64,000 bases of DNA from an uncultured Rhodospirillaceae bacterium. Its GTDB lineage: Bacteria; Pseudomonadota; Alphaproteobacteria; Rhodospirillales; UBA2165. Both the position numbers and the translations under genes were made by a program. The notes below the pieces were generated by a model. That model saw only the letters and a list, made by a program, of their open reading frames with translations, searched no databases and had not been told where the DNA came from. Positions 40,547 to 49,608 of the stretch are shown in pieces (within the stretch, counting starts at the first letter, position 1; each line of letters opens with the position of its first letter). Where the stretch lies: the NCBI GenBank assembly GCA_964643045.1, contig CAZXSC010000002.1, forward strand, positions 25,806-89,805, in the 5' to 3' direction.

Positions 40547-41050
40547 ATGGAACTTGGAATGGAATATTGGACTTTTTTCGTCCGTTGGTTGCACGTCCTT
40601 TGTGGCGTTATGTGGATCGGTTTGCTTTGGTACTTTAATTTTGTACAAACACCAACCGTGCCAACAATTCCGGATGAACTAAAACCCACAATACCAAAAC
40701 ATATTATGCCCGTCGCGCTGTTCTACTTTCGCTGGGCGGCACTTGGAACTTTGATATTCGGATTACTACTGGCCTGGATGCAGGGTTATTTTAGCGATGC
40801 TCTGGCAATAGGTTTAACAAGTGGAGTCGCTCGCGATGCATCTATTGGCTTCGGTATGTGGATGGGTATTATCATGGCATTCAACGTCTGGTTTATCATT
40901 TGGCCAAATCAGCAAAAAGTAATAGGGCTTGTTGAATGTTCTGATGAAGAAAAACCAAAATGCGCGCGTGCTGCTGCATTAGCGTCACGAACAAATACAA
41001 TGCTATCAATACCAATGTTATATGCGATGGTTTCTGCTCAAAACATGTAG
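40547..41050 (+). CDS. Conserved integral membrane protein (4 TM; resembles the membrane domain at the N-terminus of PuuD-type urate hydroxylases)
   Basis: 167 aa. WTFFVRWLHVLCGVMWIGLLWYFNFVQTP motif plus three further hydrophobic helices. Confidence 0.5.
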   Translation: MELGMEYWTFFVRWLHVLCGVMWIGLLWYFNFVQTPTVPTIPDELKPTIPKHIMPVALFYFRWAALGTLIFGLLLAWMQGYFSDALAIGLTSGVARDASIGFGMWMGIIMAFNVWFIIWPNQQKVIGLVECSDEEKPKCARAAALASRTNTMLSIPMLYAMVSAQNM

Positions 41051-41079
41051 TATGGTATATTTGTACTTTTCTTATAACA

Positions 41080-41109
41080 AAATTAGGGTCACCTTGGTGA
41101 CCCTAATTT
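41080..41109 (+). terminator. Perfect inverted repeat, probable (bidirectional) intrinsic terminator
   Basis: AAATTAGGGTCACC-TT-GGTGACCCTAATTT has 14-nt arms with a GC-rich core and A/T-rich flanks, 30 nt after the stop at 41050. Confidence 0.5.
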
Positions 41110-41260
41110 ACCAAATCCTGACAATTTAAAGATTTTATTATTACTGCTTCCAGATTACATTGTTTTCCTTGTCTCTGATCGAAACACTAATACTCAATCG
41201 GTTGAATCCGACTTGTTGTAATTTTGTCAAAAGAAATGACAAGCCGGAGGTAATGGAAGC

Positions 41261-41563
41261 ATGCTAGAAAAGCTTGTTAAAATTTTTCGCGCTAAATCAG
41301 CCTGGCATTTAGTAAGAATATTTATAGTTTTTAGCATAACTGGAAGCTTTTCAGTATATGTTTCAGGCCCAATTCTTGATTTATTACAGCTTGATGCGCT
41401 TATTACTTTCATCCCACTATATTGGGTCGCCAGACTTATAGTCATTACAATCGCATACCAATTGTCTCTGATAATCGTCGCTGCTGTATTTGGGGAGCTT
41501 ACTTACTTTCTAGTAATTCAGAAAAGACTTCTAAATCGATTTAAATTAAGAAAAAATAAATAG
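41261..41563 (+). CDS. Small membrane protein of unknown function
   Basis: 100 aa with two or three hydrophobic helices and a basic C-terminus (LLNRFKLRKNK). Confidence 0.45.
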   Translation: MLEKLVKIFRAKSAWHLVRIFIVFSITGSFSVYVSGPILDLLQLDALITFIPLYWVARLIVITIAYQLSLIIVAAVFGELTYFLVIQKRLLNRFKLRKNK

Positions 41564-41625
41564 GTGAGTTCTCTTGCATTTACAGTTTAAATTATTGATC
41601 ATCTGTTTAATTACGGGAGATTCAA

Positions 41626-42810
41626 ATGCGAGAAATTTTTATTCAATCTGACGATCAACGCGCAATATTAGAAACTGTAAAACGATTTGTTCGTGACGAA
41701 GTAACGCCGCGAGCCGCCGAACTCGATTCTCACTCTAATCCAGCCGATAGCTTTTCCTGGGAAATTGTAGAAAAGGCGCATGACGTAGGCATTCGCCAAA
41801 TGACGCTTAGTGAGGAATTTGGAGGTCTTGGGACCGATTCGCTCACCACTTCGATGGTCATTGAGGAACTTGGCAAAGGTGACCTAGGCGTCTCTGTAAT
41901 TTTCGCTCAAACACTAAAAATAGCGCAGATAATGCAATCGGCCTTAGACAATGAACAACGTGATAGGGTTCTACCAATCTTTGCGGGAGATCCTCGCGGT
42001 ATGCTGGCTATTGGTATCACCGAACCAGACAATGCATCAAATTATTTTCTACCCCACCCAACCCCCTTTCAGACTTCAGCAGAGAAGACGGATGGCGGTT
42101 GGATCGTTAACGGGATGAAACACTTTATTTCTAACGGTAACAGAGCAAGTTTTTATTTGCTATTTGTTCAAACTGAAAAAAAAATTGGGCTAGCGGAAGG
42201 TAGCACTTGTTTTGTGTTAGAAAAAGATCGGGATGGATTCACAATTGGTCGCATCCACGACAAGATGGGTGAAAGATTGGCAAATAATGCTGAATTGGTT
42301 TTCCAAGACTGTTTTATACCCGATGAGAATGTAGTAGGCGAAGTCGGCAAAGGCTTTAAAGTATTGGCTAACTTTTTTCCACAAAGTAATGCCTACGCAG
42401 GCGCAAGTGTATTAGGTGTCGCCGAAGCATGTTATGAAAAAGCTGTTGAGTGGGCAAAAATTCGCATTCAAGGCGGCAAGCCAATTATCGAACATGATGG
42501 TATTCGAGCCCAACTTGCCGAAATGCGCATGTTAATCGATGCCTCTCGCTCATATATTCATCGGGCATGCTATCTCGCGGACAACCAGGATGAAGGGTGG
42601 GATAAAACACTGGGAGCTTTGCCAAAAGCGATGGCCTCACAAGCCGCTTGGAAAATTGCGACTTGGTGCTTAGAAATCCACGGTGGACACGGTTACATGA
42701 AAGAATTTGGTGTTGAAAAGTTGATTAGAGACGCGGCTTGTTTCCTACATTCAGATGGAGTTAACAGAACTCTGTTTCTGAAGGCCGCTAATTTTATGTT
42801 TGAGGATTAA
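41626..42810 (+). CDS. Acyl-CoA dehydrogenase
   Basis: 394 aa. GGGAGA RBS, FISNG, and a C-terminal ...IHGGHGYMKEFGVEKLIRDA pattern. Confidence 0.9.
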   Translation: MREIFIQSDDQRAILETVKRFVRDEVTPRAAELDSHSNPADSFSWEIVEKAHDVGIRQMTLSEEFGGLGTDSLTTSMVIEELGKGDLGVSVIFAQTLKIAQIMQSALDNEQRDRVLPIFAGDPRGMLAIGITEPDNASNYFLPHPTPFQTSAEKTDGGWIVNGMKHFISNGNRASFYLLFVQTEKKIGLAEGSTCFVLEKDRDGFTIGRIHDKMGERLANNAELVFQDCFIPDENVVGEVGKGFKVLANFFPQSNAYAGASVLGVAEACYEKAVEWAKIRIQGGKPIIEHDGIRAQLAEMRMLIDASRSYIHRACYLADNQDEGWDKTLGALPKAMASQAAWKIATWCLEIHGGHGYMKEFGVEKLIRDAACFLHSDGVNRTLFLKAANFMFED

Positions 42811-42813
42811 GTT

Positions 42814-43854
42814 ATGAAAGCATTGGTACTTGAAGCGCCAAACACACCTTTTCAATTAAAAGAAATTCCTGATCCGATAGCTGGACCTGGGGAAGCGGTT
42901 GCAAAAGTATATGCCTGTGGCTCAGGCCTCACTATTCAGCATTTTAAAGCTGGCAGAACACCTGCAGTTTTTCCCCGAATCATCGGTCATGAGATTTGTG
43001 CTGAAATTACTGAGATTGGCTCAGGCGTTACCTCTCTTCAAATAGGCGATATCGTAACAACTTATTTCTATATGAACTGCGGCACTTGTAAATATTGCCT
43101 CTCAAATCTTGAGCCGCTTTGCCAAAACCTTGGTGGCTATGTAGGGAGAGAATGTGATGGTGGCTATGCAGAATTCATCAAGTTACCTTCACGCTGGTTT
43201 ATCAAACTGCCAGAACATCTCGATTGGAAGAATCACCCAGCGCACATTGGGGTCGCAATGGATGCATTAGCTACTCCTTATAAGGTATTGCGTCGCGCTC
43301 AAATAAAACCCGGGGAAACGGTCGCCGTATTTGGAGCGGGAGGAGGACTTGGTATCCATCAGATTATGTTGGCAAAGTGGGCCAAAGCAAGAGTTGTGGG
43401 TATCGATACCAAGAATTATAAATCTGATAGTATCAGAGATGCTGGTGCAGATGAATTTATTGATGCTTCCGAAGCGAATGTGGTTGAGGCTTTAATGGAT
43501 TTAACAAACGGCGAGGGAGTAGATGTCATTGTCGACTATATATCCGCAAAAACAACTCTTGAAATGGCAGCAACGGTACTTGGGAAACGTGGCCGTATGG
43601 TTACCCTGGGTGGTGCCGGGGAAAAATTTAATATTGATGCGAAGCATTTACTTGCCAACGAAATTGAAATACTCGGTAGTCGTTATGTCACACCACTCGA
43701 AATATTGGAGACCTATAATTTAATGGCGCGAGGAGAAATATGGCCCATTGTTACTGAGATCCGCCCACTCGAAGAAGCCGAGTGGGTACATGAGATGGTT
43801 GAAAATGGTGAGGTTATAGGCCGAGCGGCTCTCTTAGTTAATGACCCCAATTAA
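42814..43854 (+). CDS. Zinc-dependent alcohol dehydrogenase (MDR family)
   Basis: CGSGL...GHE catalytic zinc ligands, CGTCKYCLSNLEPLC structural zinc, and VFGAGGGLG Rossmann motif. Starts 3 nt after the acyl-CoA dehydrogenase stop. Confidence 0.88.
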   Translation: MKALVLEAPNTPFQLKEIPDPIAGPGEAVAKVYACGSGLTIQHFKAGRTPAVFPRIIGHEICAEITEIGSGVTSLQIGDIVTTYFYMNCGTCKYCLSNLEPLCQNLGGYVGRECDGGYAEFIKLPSRWFIKLPEHLDWKNHPAHIGVAMDALATPYKVLRRAQIKPGETVAVFGAGGGLGIHQIMLAKWAKARVVGIDTKNYKSDSIRDAGADEFIDASEANVVEALMDLTNGEGVDVIVDYISAKTTLEMAATVLGKRGRMVTLGGAGEKFNIDAKHLLANEIEILGSRYVTPLEILETYNLMARGEIWPIVTEIRPLEEAEWVHEMVENGEVIGRAALLVNDPN

Positions 43855-43855
43855 T

Positions 43856-44869
43856 CTATATTTCCAAGATAACCTTTAAACGCTCGTTACTTGGCTCCAT
43901 CAAAAGCTTAATTGCTTCAGACAATTTTATCAGGGGGAAAGTGTGGGTAATGAAAGGCCCAAGGTTAACCTTTCCCTCTTCAACCAATTTAATGCTTAGA
44001 GGGAAATCTGTTGGTAATGCTGCCCGAGCATTGATGATGGCAAGTTCTTTAAAATAAAATTCATAGAAAGGAAGCTCTCCACTTTGCTCAGCATAAATGC
44101 CAAAAGGTATTATTCGTCCACCAACCCGCGCAATATCTATGGCTTCAGCCAATACAGAAATATATCCAACAGCCTCAACTACTACATCTGCTCCTCTGCC
44201 ATCGGTTAGCGTTCTCACTAGCGATTTAGCAGCCTCACCATGTTCAATCGCCGCATCAGCACCCATGATCTCAGCTAGGGCACGTTTATGCGCATTGCGA
44301 GATACACCTATGACTGTCCTAGCACCAAAAGATTTTGCGACTTGAATTTGGAGTAATCCTGTAACACCCAGACCTAATACAACTACAACTTCACCGGGTT
44401 GAATTTTTGCTCGATTTTGAGCATGGAGAACCGTCGTCATAACTTGTATCAATGGGGCTACATTCAAATTAATATTTTTTCCGAGAGAAAAAATATTATT
44501 AGCTGGTACCAGAACATATTCAGCAAAAACACCATCGATATCACGTCCCAGTAATGCACCATTCTCGCATAAGTGAGTTTCATTATTATTGCAGAAAAAA
44601 CAATCATCACAGTGAAGAACCGGATCGACTATTACATGATCACCAGGTCCACTGCCGTCGTCTGCCTTTCCTTCTATTATTCGACCGACGGCCTCGTGCC
44701 CCATGATAACAGGCAAATTAGAGGGAATACCCCCATCAAAAATTTTGGTGTCAGTACCACAAATGCCCACGTGGCTTATTCGCACCAGAACCTGGCCCTC
44801 CTTGCAAATTGGTTTCGATATTTTCGTTATTGAAACATTGTTGGGTGTGGTTAACACAGCTGCTTTCAT
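43856..44869 (-). CDS. Zinc-dependent alcohol/polyol dehydrogenase (MDR family)
   Basis: GICGTD...GHEAVG, CDDCFFCNNNETHLC, VLGLGVTG. Confidence 0.88.
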   Translation of the reverse strand: MKAAVLTTPNNVSITKISKPICKEGQVLVRISHVGICGTDTKIFDGGIPSNLPVIMGHEAVGRIIEGKADDGSGPGDHVIVDPVLHCDDCFFCNNNETHLCENGALLGRDIDGVFAEYVLVPANNIFSLGKNINLNVAPLIQVMTTVLHAQNRAKIQPGEVVVVLGLGVTGLLQIQVAKSFGARTVIGVSRNAHKRALAEIMGADAAIEHGEAAKSLVRTLTDGRGADVVVEAVGYISVLAEAIDIARVGGRIIPFGIYAEQSGELPFYEFYFKELAIINARAALPTDFPLSIKLVEEGKVNLGPFITHTFPLIKLSEAIKLLMEPSNERLKVILEI

Positions 44870-44878
44870 TCTTTAAAC

Positions 44879-46039
44879 TCATAATAGTTCGTATAATTTC
44901 TCACTTAATTCTTGCATTCTATGTACCGACGTATGTTCATTCAAGAAGCGTCGACGACCTGCAGAAGCTATTCTAGCTCTATCCTTCGGAGAATTCAGAT
45001 ATCGGTCAATCAAATCCGGTAACTCTTCTAGCGATTTAAAATAGACGACCTCTTCATCAGGTTCAAACAAATCAACGGCATCCTCACGCCAGTCCGTCAA
45101 GACAAATGCTCCGCTGGCCGCAATTTGAAACACCCGGTGATGACAAGATCGAGGCCAAGGCGTTAAATTAAGATTAATAACAGATGAACAGAATAATGGC
45201 GATAGATCATGCCATTCTCGCCCCTCGTGTATGATTACATTACTTCGATCAGTCTTAGCAGTACCAATGCCGACAATGTGAATTTCCCGGCCCCCAATCG
45301 CATGGATAATTTGTTCACGAGCCAATGCTTTTTGCTCAAAATATAACGCATGAGAAAGTTTGCCAAACTCAACGGAACTCGGATCCCATTGGTCACCGAT
45401 CCAGTCAAAAACATCAACGTAATCATTGGTTTCGCGGCATCTTCCGACTATAAAATCAGCTGCGAATTTCATCTTTCTATTCCAGCCTTTGCGCCACTTT
45501 AAACGTTCGGCCTGATACGAATTTAATGTCGCTGCAAAACTGATGTCACAACTAAAGTCTGATATCGGTGAGACAGGTTTAAAAATATCGTTATCAATGT
45601 GCCAAGGAGGTAAATAAAAAACATTAACCCATCCAAGTTCCTTTAACTGTTCAATTACTCGCGTATCAGCAACGAACATTGCCCTATGAAGGGGGGTATT
45701 AAGTTCTCTCAAAACAAACTGATGTTTTACGGTATTGTCGGTCCACATACTAACATACGGAATTCTTTCTTCTTCAAGAAAGAACGGCATGGGAAAGGAT
45801 CGAAGTAGATTTTCCAGTGACGAGCCCCACAATACGGCTACATCAAATTTTATTTTCCGAACAAGCCTACGGTAATCATCCAAACTCAACAAACGATCAA
45901 CATATATAACTTCGTGGCCTAAATCGGCTAATGCCTGAAGCGCAGGGGCCCTCTGGGAATCCCACCGACCACGCAAGATTGAAAGTATACGAAAAGGTCG
46001 GCGAAGATTATTGCCAGTTCTATTTTTAATTATTCGCAT
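44879..46039 (-). CDS. CgeB-like / group-1-type glycosyltransferase (DUF3880-like N-terminus)
   Basis: 386 aa. The C-terminal EEVVYFKSLEELPDLIDRYLNSPKDRARIASAGRRRFLNEHTSVHRMQEL is typical of CgeB-family GT-B enzymes. Confidence 0.55.
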   Translation of the reverse strand: MRIIKNRTGNNLRRPFRILSILRGRWDSQRAPALQALADLGHEVIYVDRLLSLDDYRRLVRKIKFDVAVLWGSSLENLLRSFPMPFFLEEERIPYVSMWTDNTVKHQFVLRELNTPLHRAMFVADTRVIEQLKELGWVNVFYLPPWHIDNDIFKPVSPISDFSCDISFAATLNSYQAERLKWRKGWNRKMKFAADFIVGRCRETNDYVDVFDWIGDQWDPSSVEFGKLSHALYFEQKALAREQIIHAIGGREIHIVGIGTAKTDRSNVIIHEGREWHDLSPLFCSSVINLNLTPWPRSCHHRVFQIAASGAFVLTDWREDAVDLFEPDEEVVYFKSLEELPDLIDRYLNSPKDRARIASAGRRRFLNEHTSVHRMQELSEKLYELL

Positions 46040-46042
46040 AAC

Positions 46043-47083
46043 TTATTGACCTGATCGCCAATCCGTCACATTTGTTGGATTAACTTCTGCAATTAATTCA
46101 GGATGAGTATAAACCTTACCAAGATCTAGATAATTTTCATGGAGTACCCATAAACGAAAATTTTTATCACTAATAAAATGTTGAAGATGCTGCGATATTC
46201 CTTGGGTTAAGCCATCTTGAACTATTTGAACAAATTCCTTTGGAGTCCGGGCAGGATTTGGAAAGTAGTGCAATGCCATCTCATGAAATTGAGCTTCGCT
46301 AGGTAAAATGTATGGCTGCCCCGATTTGCGGAGCAGAGCGAACGATCTTACGTAACCCGATGTAATAAATTTAGATCTAATGGAGTTTAAAGTTAGTTTA
46401 TTCTTAGAAATGTGGTGTACGACCGAAATTTCAGGATGGTAAATTACTTTTTTTCCCAGATCCACTATAGAGCGACCAACATAGACCTCTCCATCACCAT
46501 GAAATTTCAACAAGTGAGCAGGCATAGCACAGGGATGAAAGCCGCCAATCTCATCCAAACACGTTTTGCGTATTGTAAAATTAGTACCCCACACAAAATT
46601 TCCGGGAATTTGTTTTATCGTTTTACCACAATCCAATAGACCAAAAGCTGGCAAAGTTTGTGCGCCGGGCTCCCCAATTTTCATGTAATCCACCCAATCA
46701 GGCGGGGGCTCTTCATAACACAACCGGATTGGCCCTGTTGCCAAACCCACATTTTGATCTCTATAAGCATCCAAAACTCCAGAAAGCCAACCGCTATCGG
46801 GACACACATCATCGTCAATAAAGCAGCACACTTCTCCCTGTGAAATTCCGAGGGCTCTATGCCACCCCACTAATTGACCCGGACGCGCATCGAGAAGATA
46901 GGTAAAGTTTTGAAACTTGGCGGCATACTTATCACAAATTTTGCTAGTGTGATCCGTGGAACCGTTATCTGCTATAATCACTTCAAATAGATTCTTAGGT
47001 AAATCCTGCAGTGATAACGCTTGAAGAGAACGGGCTAAACTTTCAGCACGATTCACTGTCGTTATTACTACCGTCATCTCCAT
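46043..47083 (-). CDS. Family 2 glycosyltransferase with a C-terminal extension (paralog of 3801-4859)
   Basis: VVITTVNR...ADNGSTD...FIDDDV. Shares FVWG(S/T)NF, GGFHP, GDG(D/E)V.VGR and C-terminal FISD..FR.WVL..NYLD with the 3801-4859 product. Confidence 0.85.
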   Translation of the reverse strand: MEMTVVITTVNRAESLARSLQALSLQDLPKNLFEVIIADNGSTDHTSKICDKYAAKFQNFTYLLDARPGQLVGWHRALGISQGEVCCFIDDDVCPDSGWLSGVLDAYRDQNVGLATGPIRLCYEEPPPDWVDYMKIGEPGAQTLPAFGLLDCGKTIKQIPGNFVWGTNFTIRKTCLDEIGGFHPCAMPAHLLKFHGDGEVYVGRSIVDLGKKVIYHPEISVVHHISKNKLTLNSIRSKFITSGYVRSFALLRKSGQPYILPSEAQFHEMALHYFPNPARTPKEFVQIVQDGLTQGISQHLQHFISDKNFRLWVLHENYLDLGKVYTHPELIAEVNPTNVTDWRSGQ

Positions 47084-47090
47084 CGTCTAA

Positions 47091-49181
47091 TTATACCAAT
47101 CTTTTCTTAATTTTTTCATATTCTGCGGCAACCCAATCTTCTAACAGATATTGATTTTCATCCAACGACTGAAGTGACCTTTCGTCAAACGGTAAAAAAT
47201 TGCCCGATGGGGTTCGGACACGCATATAATATAAAACGTAGTTATTGGCTAGGGAGGAAGCGCCCTCTTTATTTTTGACCGTTAATTCAGCCGTAACACC
47301 AAAAGACAAAAGATCACAAAGATTTGGAGGGTACAACTCAATTGCCTTGTAAAATACGGCAAGAATTTCCTGTGCCTCTGCTTTTAAATGGGACAGTACT
47401 TTTGTTAATAATTTGTAGGCCGCGACATTTATTTCAGACAGCATGATTGCCTTCTTAAGAAAATCACTCGCAGCATCCAACTGTTCATTCTCAAAAGCGT
47501 AAAGTCCGAGATAAGTCAGAGCACAACTTTGGATCATTAGACGTGCTCGCCTCGGTTCATCTAAGACTGCTTTAAAAAAATCTCCATATGAAAACATCTC
47601 GGCAAGATGTTGCATTCGATGGCTTAATACAGAATCTTTAGGATTAAATTGGAGTGTTTCATTTGAACGAGATAGTTCGCCAAATAAATTCAAAGCTTCT
47701 CGTTTTGCTCCAAATGTCCACAAAACTCTTGCCGCATTGAACTTTAAAACCATATTTTTTGGGAATTTTTGTTGGCCGGTACGGAAAATTTCTACAGCAA
47801 AACTACCTAACCTGTCATTCCCTTCGCCGACGGTGGCGGCAAAAAATGCTGCACTTGCGGCAAAATTGTAATGGGCTACGGTCTTATTCGCAGCAGCCAA
47901 ATTTTGCTTAGCAACTGACGTGTATAATCGTACAGCTTTATTGACCGGATAACCCCTTAATTCCGCTGGTATTGGCAAATTCTTAGCCGGCCGCTGATTA
48001 GGCAAATTGGCCATGGCAGATTGAAAGAGACAGAATTTGATAAACCTTTGTTCCCTAAACGGCTTGGGCCAAAAAATTTCACGAAAGGTGTCTTTATCAG
48101 GATTGAAATTCATATTTATTTTATATTTCCTCAAGGAATCTAAAACCGTTCTTTCAAGAGGCTTGGAGCAAACACTCATAAACCCTGCTTGTTCTCCCCC
48201 AAGCAAACCACCAGTGGTAAGATTTTCAGGAGAAAAAACAAGAGCCCCCTGTCTCATTGCATCAATTGCTCGGGTCTGAATTCCTCCCGGGTAACGCCAA
48301 AAAATAGGCACGAACCGACTGTCACGCATCATTGCGACAAAATTATCTTCTGGCAAATAACCATCATATATTCTTATGTTTAACTGTGAATCATCAAGCA
48401 TAACGAAGCGATACAAAAATTGAGCTTTATCCCTCATATAAGGTACGAAAGCTCTGCCAGTATAGCCGATATCATAGTTTTTATTTGCAGAAAATTCAGG
48501 AAACTCAGAGCTCCTAACATAAAATTCGTGTCCCGGAAATGACGCAACTCGAGCAGTATAATGCTTGATTAATTCGCAATGTTCTCCTGCACTATTGGTA
48601 ATCAAGATTGTTGCGCGGGAAAGGTCAGAATAGCGGGTCGCATAGAAAAAATCATGGTCACCAACCCAAAAGGCGACTGGACACTCCAGATCAAAAATAT
48701 TGTTGGGTAGTCCAACACCGTGGACCCCAAGGCTAATAACTAAATCTCTACTATGATTTAATTCAACAATCTTGTTGTTTAAATTTTCTGGCCCGACCAA
48801 TGTATGTGACAATTTAATATTTTCAAAATTTTCAATATTAGCGATACTTATGGGAGAATAAATTAGAACCTCCGCCCCATGTTTGATGAATTTTTTTAAT
48901 TTCTCAGCCGTCTCTCCCGCAACTGCATGTAGAACTTCAAGGGCTCGGGTCGTCTCTTGTATGCACCAGTATCCATATGCCTGAATCAATCGAGAAGATT
49001 TGGCCAAATTTTTACATTCCGCTAATTCGGATAACCCGGAGTTAATTGCACCGCACATAATCTTTGCACAAGCCTTACCCTGAGATTCTGAAGCCTTATG
49101 AAACGCATAAGCATAATTTCCAGCTTCTAACAATTCATCTGCAGAATTATTTGTTTGGTCCAGATAGGGGAAGTTTAACAT
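47091..49181 (-). CDS. Large hypothetical protein: CgeB-like glycosyltransferase-type region plus helical-repeat (TPR-like) C-terminal half
   Basis: The ORF-track start (49352) overlaps the Mth938-like gene in another frame. The ATG at 49181 (MLNFPYLDQ...) lies 8 nt after that gene's stop. No sharp catalytic motif was recognised. Confidence 0.45.
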   Translation of the reverse strand: MLNFPYLDQTNNSADELLEAGNYAYAFHKASESQGKACAKIMCGAINSGLSELAECKNLAKSSRLIQAYGYWCIQETTRALEVLHAVAGETAEKLKKFIKHGAEVLIYSPISIANIENFENIKLSHTLVGPENLNNKIVELNHSRDLVISLGVHGVGLPNNIFDLECPVAFWVGDHDFFYATRYSDLSRATILITNSAGEHCELIKHYTARVASFPGHEFYVRSSEFPEFSANKNYDIGYTGRAFVPYMRDKAQFLYRFVMLDDSQLNIRIYDGYLPEDNFVAMMRDSRFVPIFWRYPGGIQTRAIDAMRQGALVFSPENLTTGGLLGGEQAGFMSVCSKPLERTVLDSLRKYKINMNFNPDKDTFREIFWPKPFREQRFIKFCLFQSAMANLPNQRPAKNLPIPAELRGYPVNKAVRLYTSVAKQNLAAANKTVAHYNFAASAAFFAATVGEGNDRLGSFAVEIFRTGQQKFPKNMVLKFNAARVLWTFGAKREALNLFGELSRSNETLQFNPKDSVLSHRMQHLAEMFSYGDFFKAVLDEPRRARLMIQSCALTYLGLYAFENEQLDAASDFLKKAIMLSEINVAAYKLLTKVLSHLKAEAQEILAVFYKAIELYPPNLCDLLSFGVTAELTVKNKEGASSLANNYVLYYMRVRTPSGNFLPFDERSLQSLDENQYLLEDWVAAEYEKIKKRLV

Positions 49182-49189
49182 CAGAAAAC

Positions 49190-49573
49190 TTACTCCACTG
49201 GAACAAGAGCAGCCGCTACTCGTCTGTCCTCGGAGGTCAACACATTGAACGTTCTGCATGCTGCTCCTGTATCCATCATCTCGACAACGATATCGGAACG
49301 TTTTAATTCGGCCCGCAAATTTTCCTGAATAAACACAGTATTTCTCCCACAACCAACTAATAGTAACTCTATGGCTGAGTCAGCTCGAATTACCGAGGCA
49401 AAAGAGTCAGCACTTATAGAATCAATATCCTTGATTGGCCAACTTAAGGTCTCGTTCTGAAAAACCAGTATAGCGCCATCATAGATTTTATCGCTTATCT
49501 TAAAACGATTATTGCCATAGCTTTGGATAATTTGACGACCGGCGGGGATATCTGGAGTAATATTAAGCGAAAT
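49190..49573 (-). CDS. Mth938-like (DUF498 / NDUFAF3-like) domain protein; non-canonical start, probably ATT
   Basis: Absent from the ORF track. Hand translation: (I)SLNITPDIPAGRQIIQSYGNNRFKISDKIYDGAILVFQNETLSWP...IELLLVGCGRNTVFIQENLRAELKRSDIVVEMMDTGAACRTFNVLTSEDRRVAAALVPVE*. It occupies the position immediately downstream of secF that this family holds in Alphaproteobacteria. Confidence 0.75.
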   Translation of the reverse strand: MSLNITPDIPAGRQIIQSYGNNRFKISDKIYDGAILVFQNETLSWPIKDIDSISADSFASVIRADSAIELLLVGCGRNTVFIQENLRAELKRSDIVVEMMDTGAACRTFNVLTSEDRRVAAALVPVE

Positions 49574-49608
49574 AACCTTATCCTCTCCTTGTCCCGTTTT
49601 ATGTCAAC

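Noticed and set aside
49182-49352. The N-terminal 57 codons of the 753-aa ORF-track entry (MWEKYCVYSGKFAGRIKTF...).
   Set aside because: This stretch overlaps, out of frame, the C-terminal half of the strongly conserved Mth938-like coding frame. The ATG at 49181 directly follows that gene's stop, so the extension is treated as an artefact.
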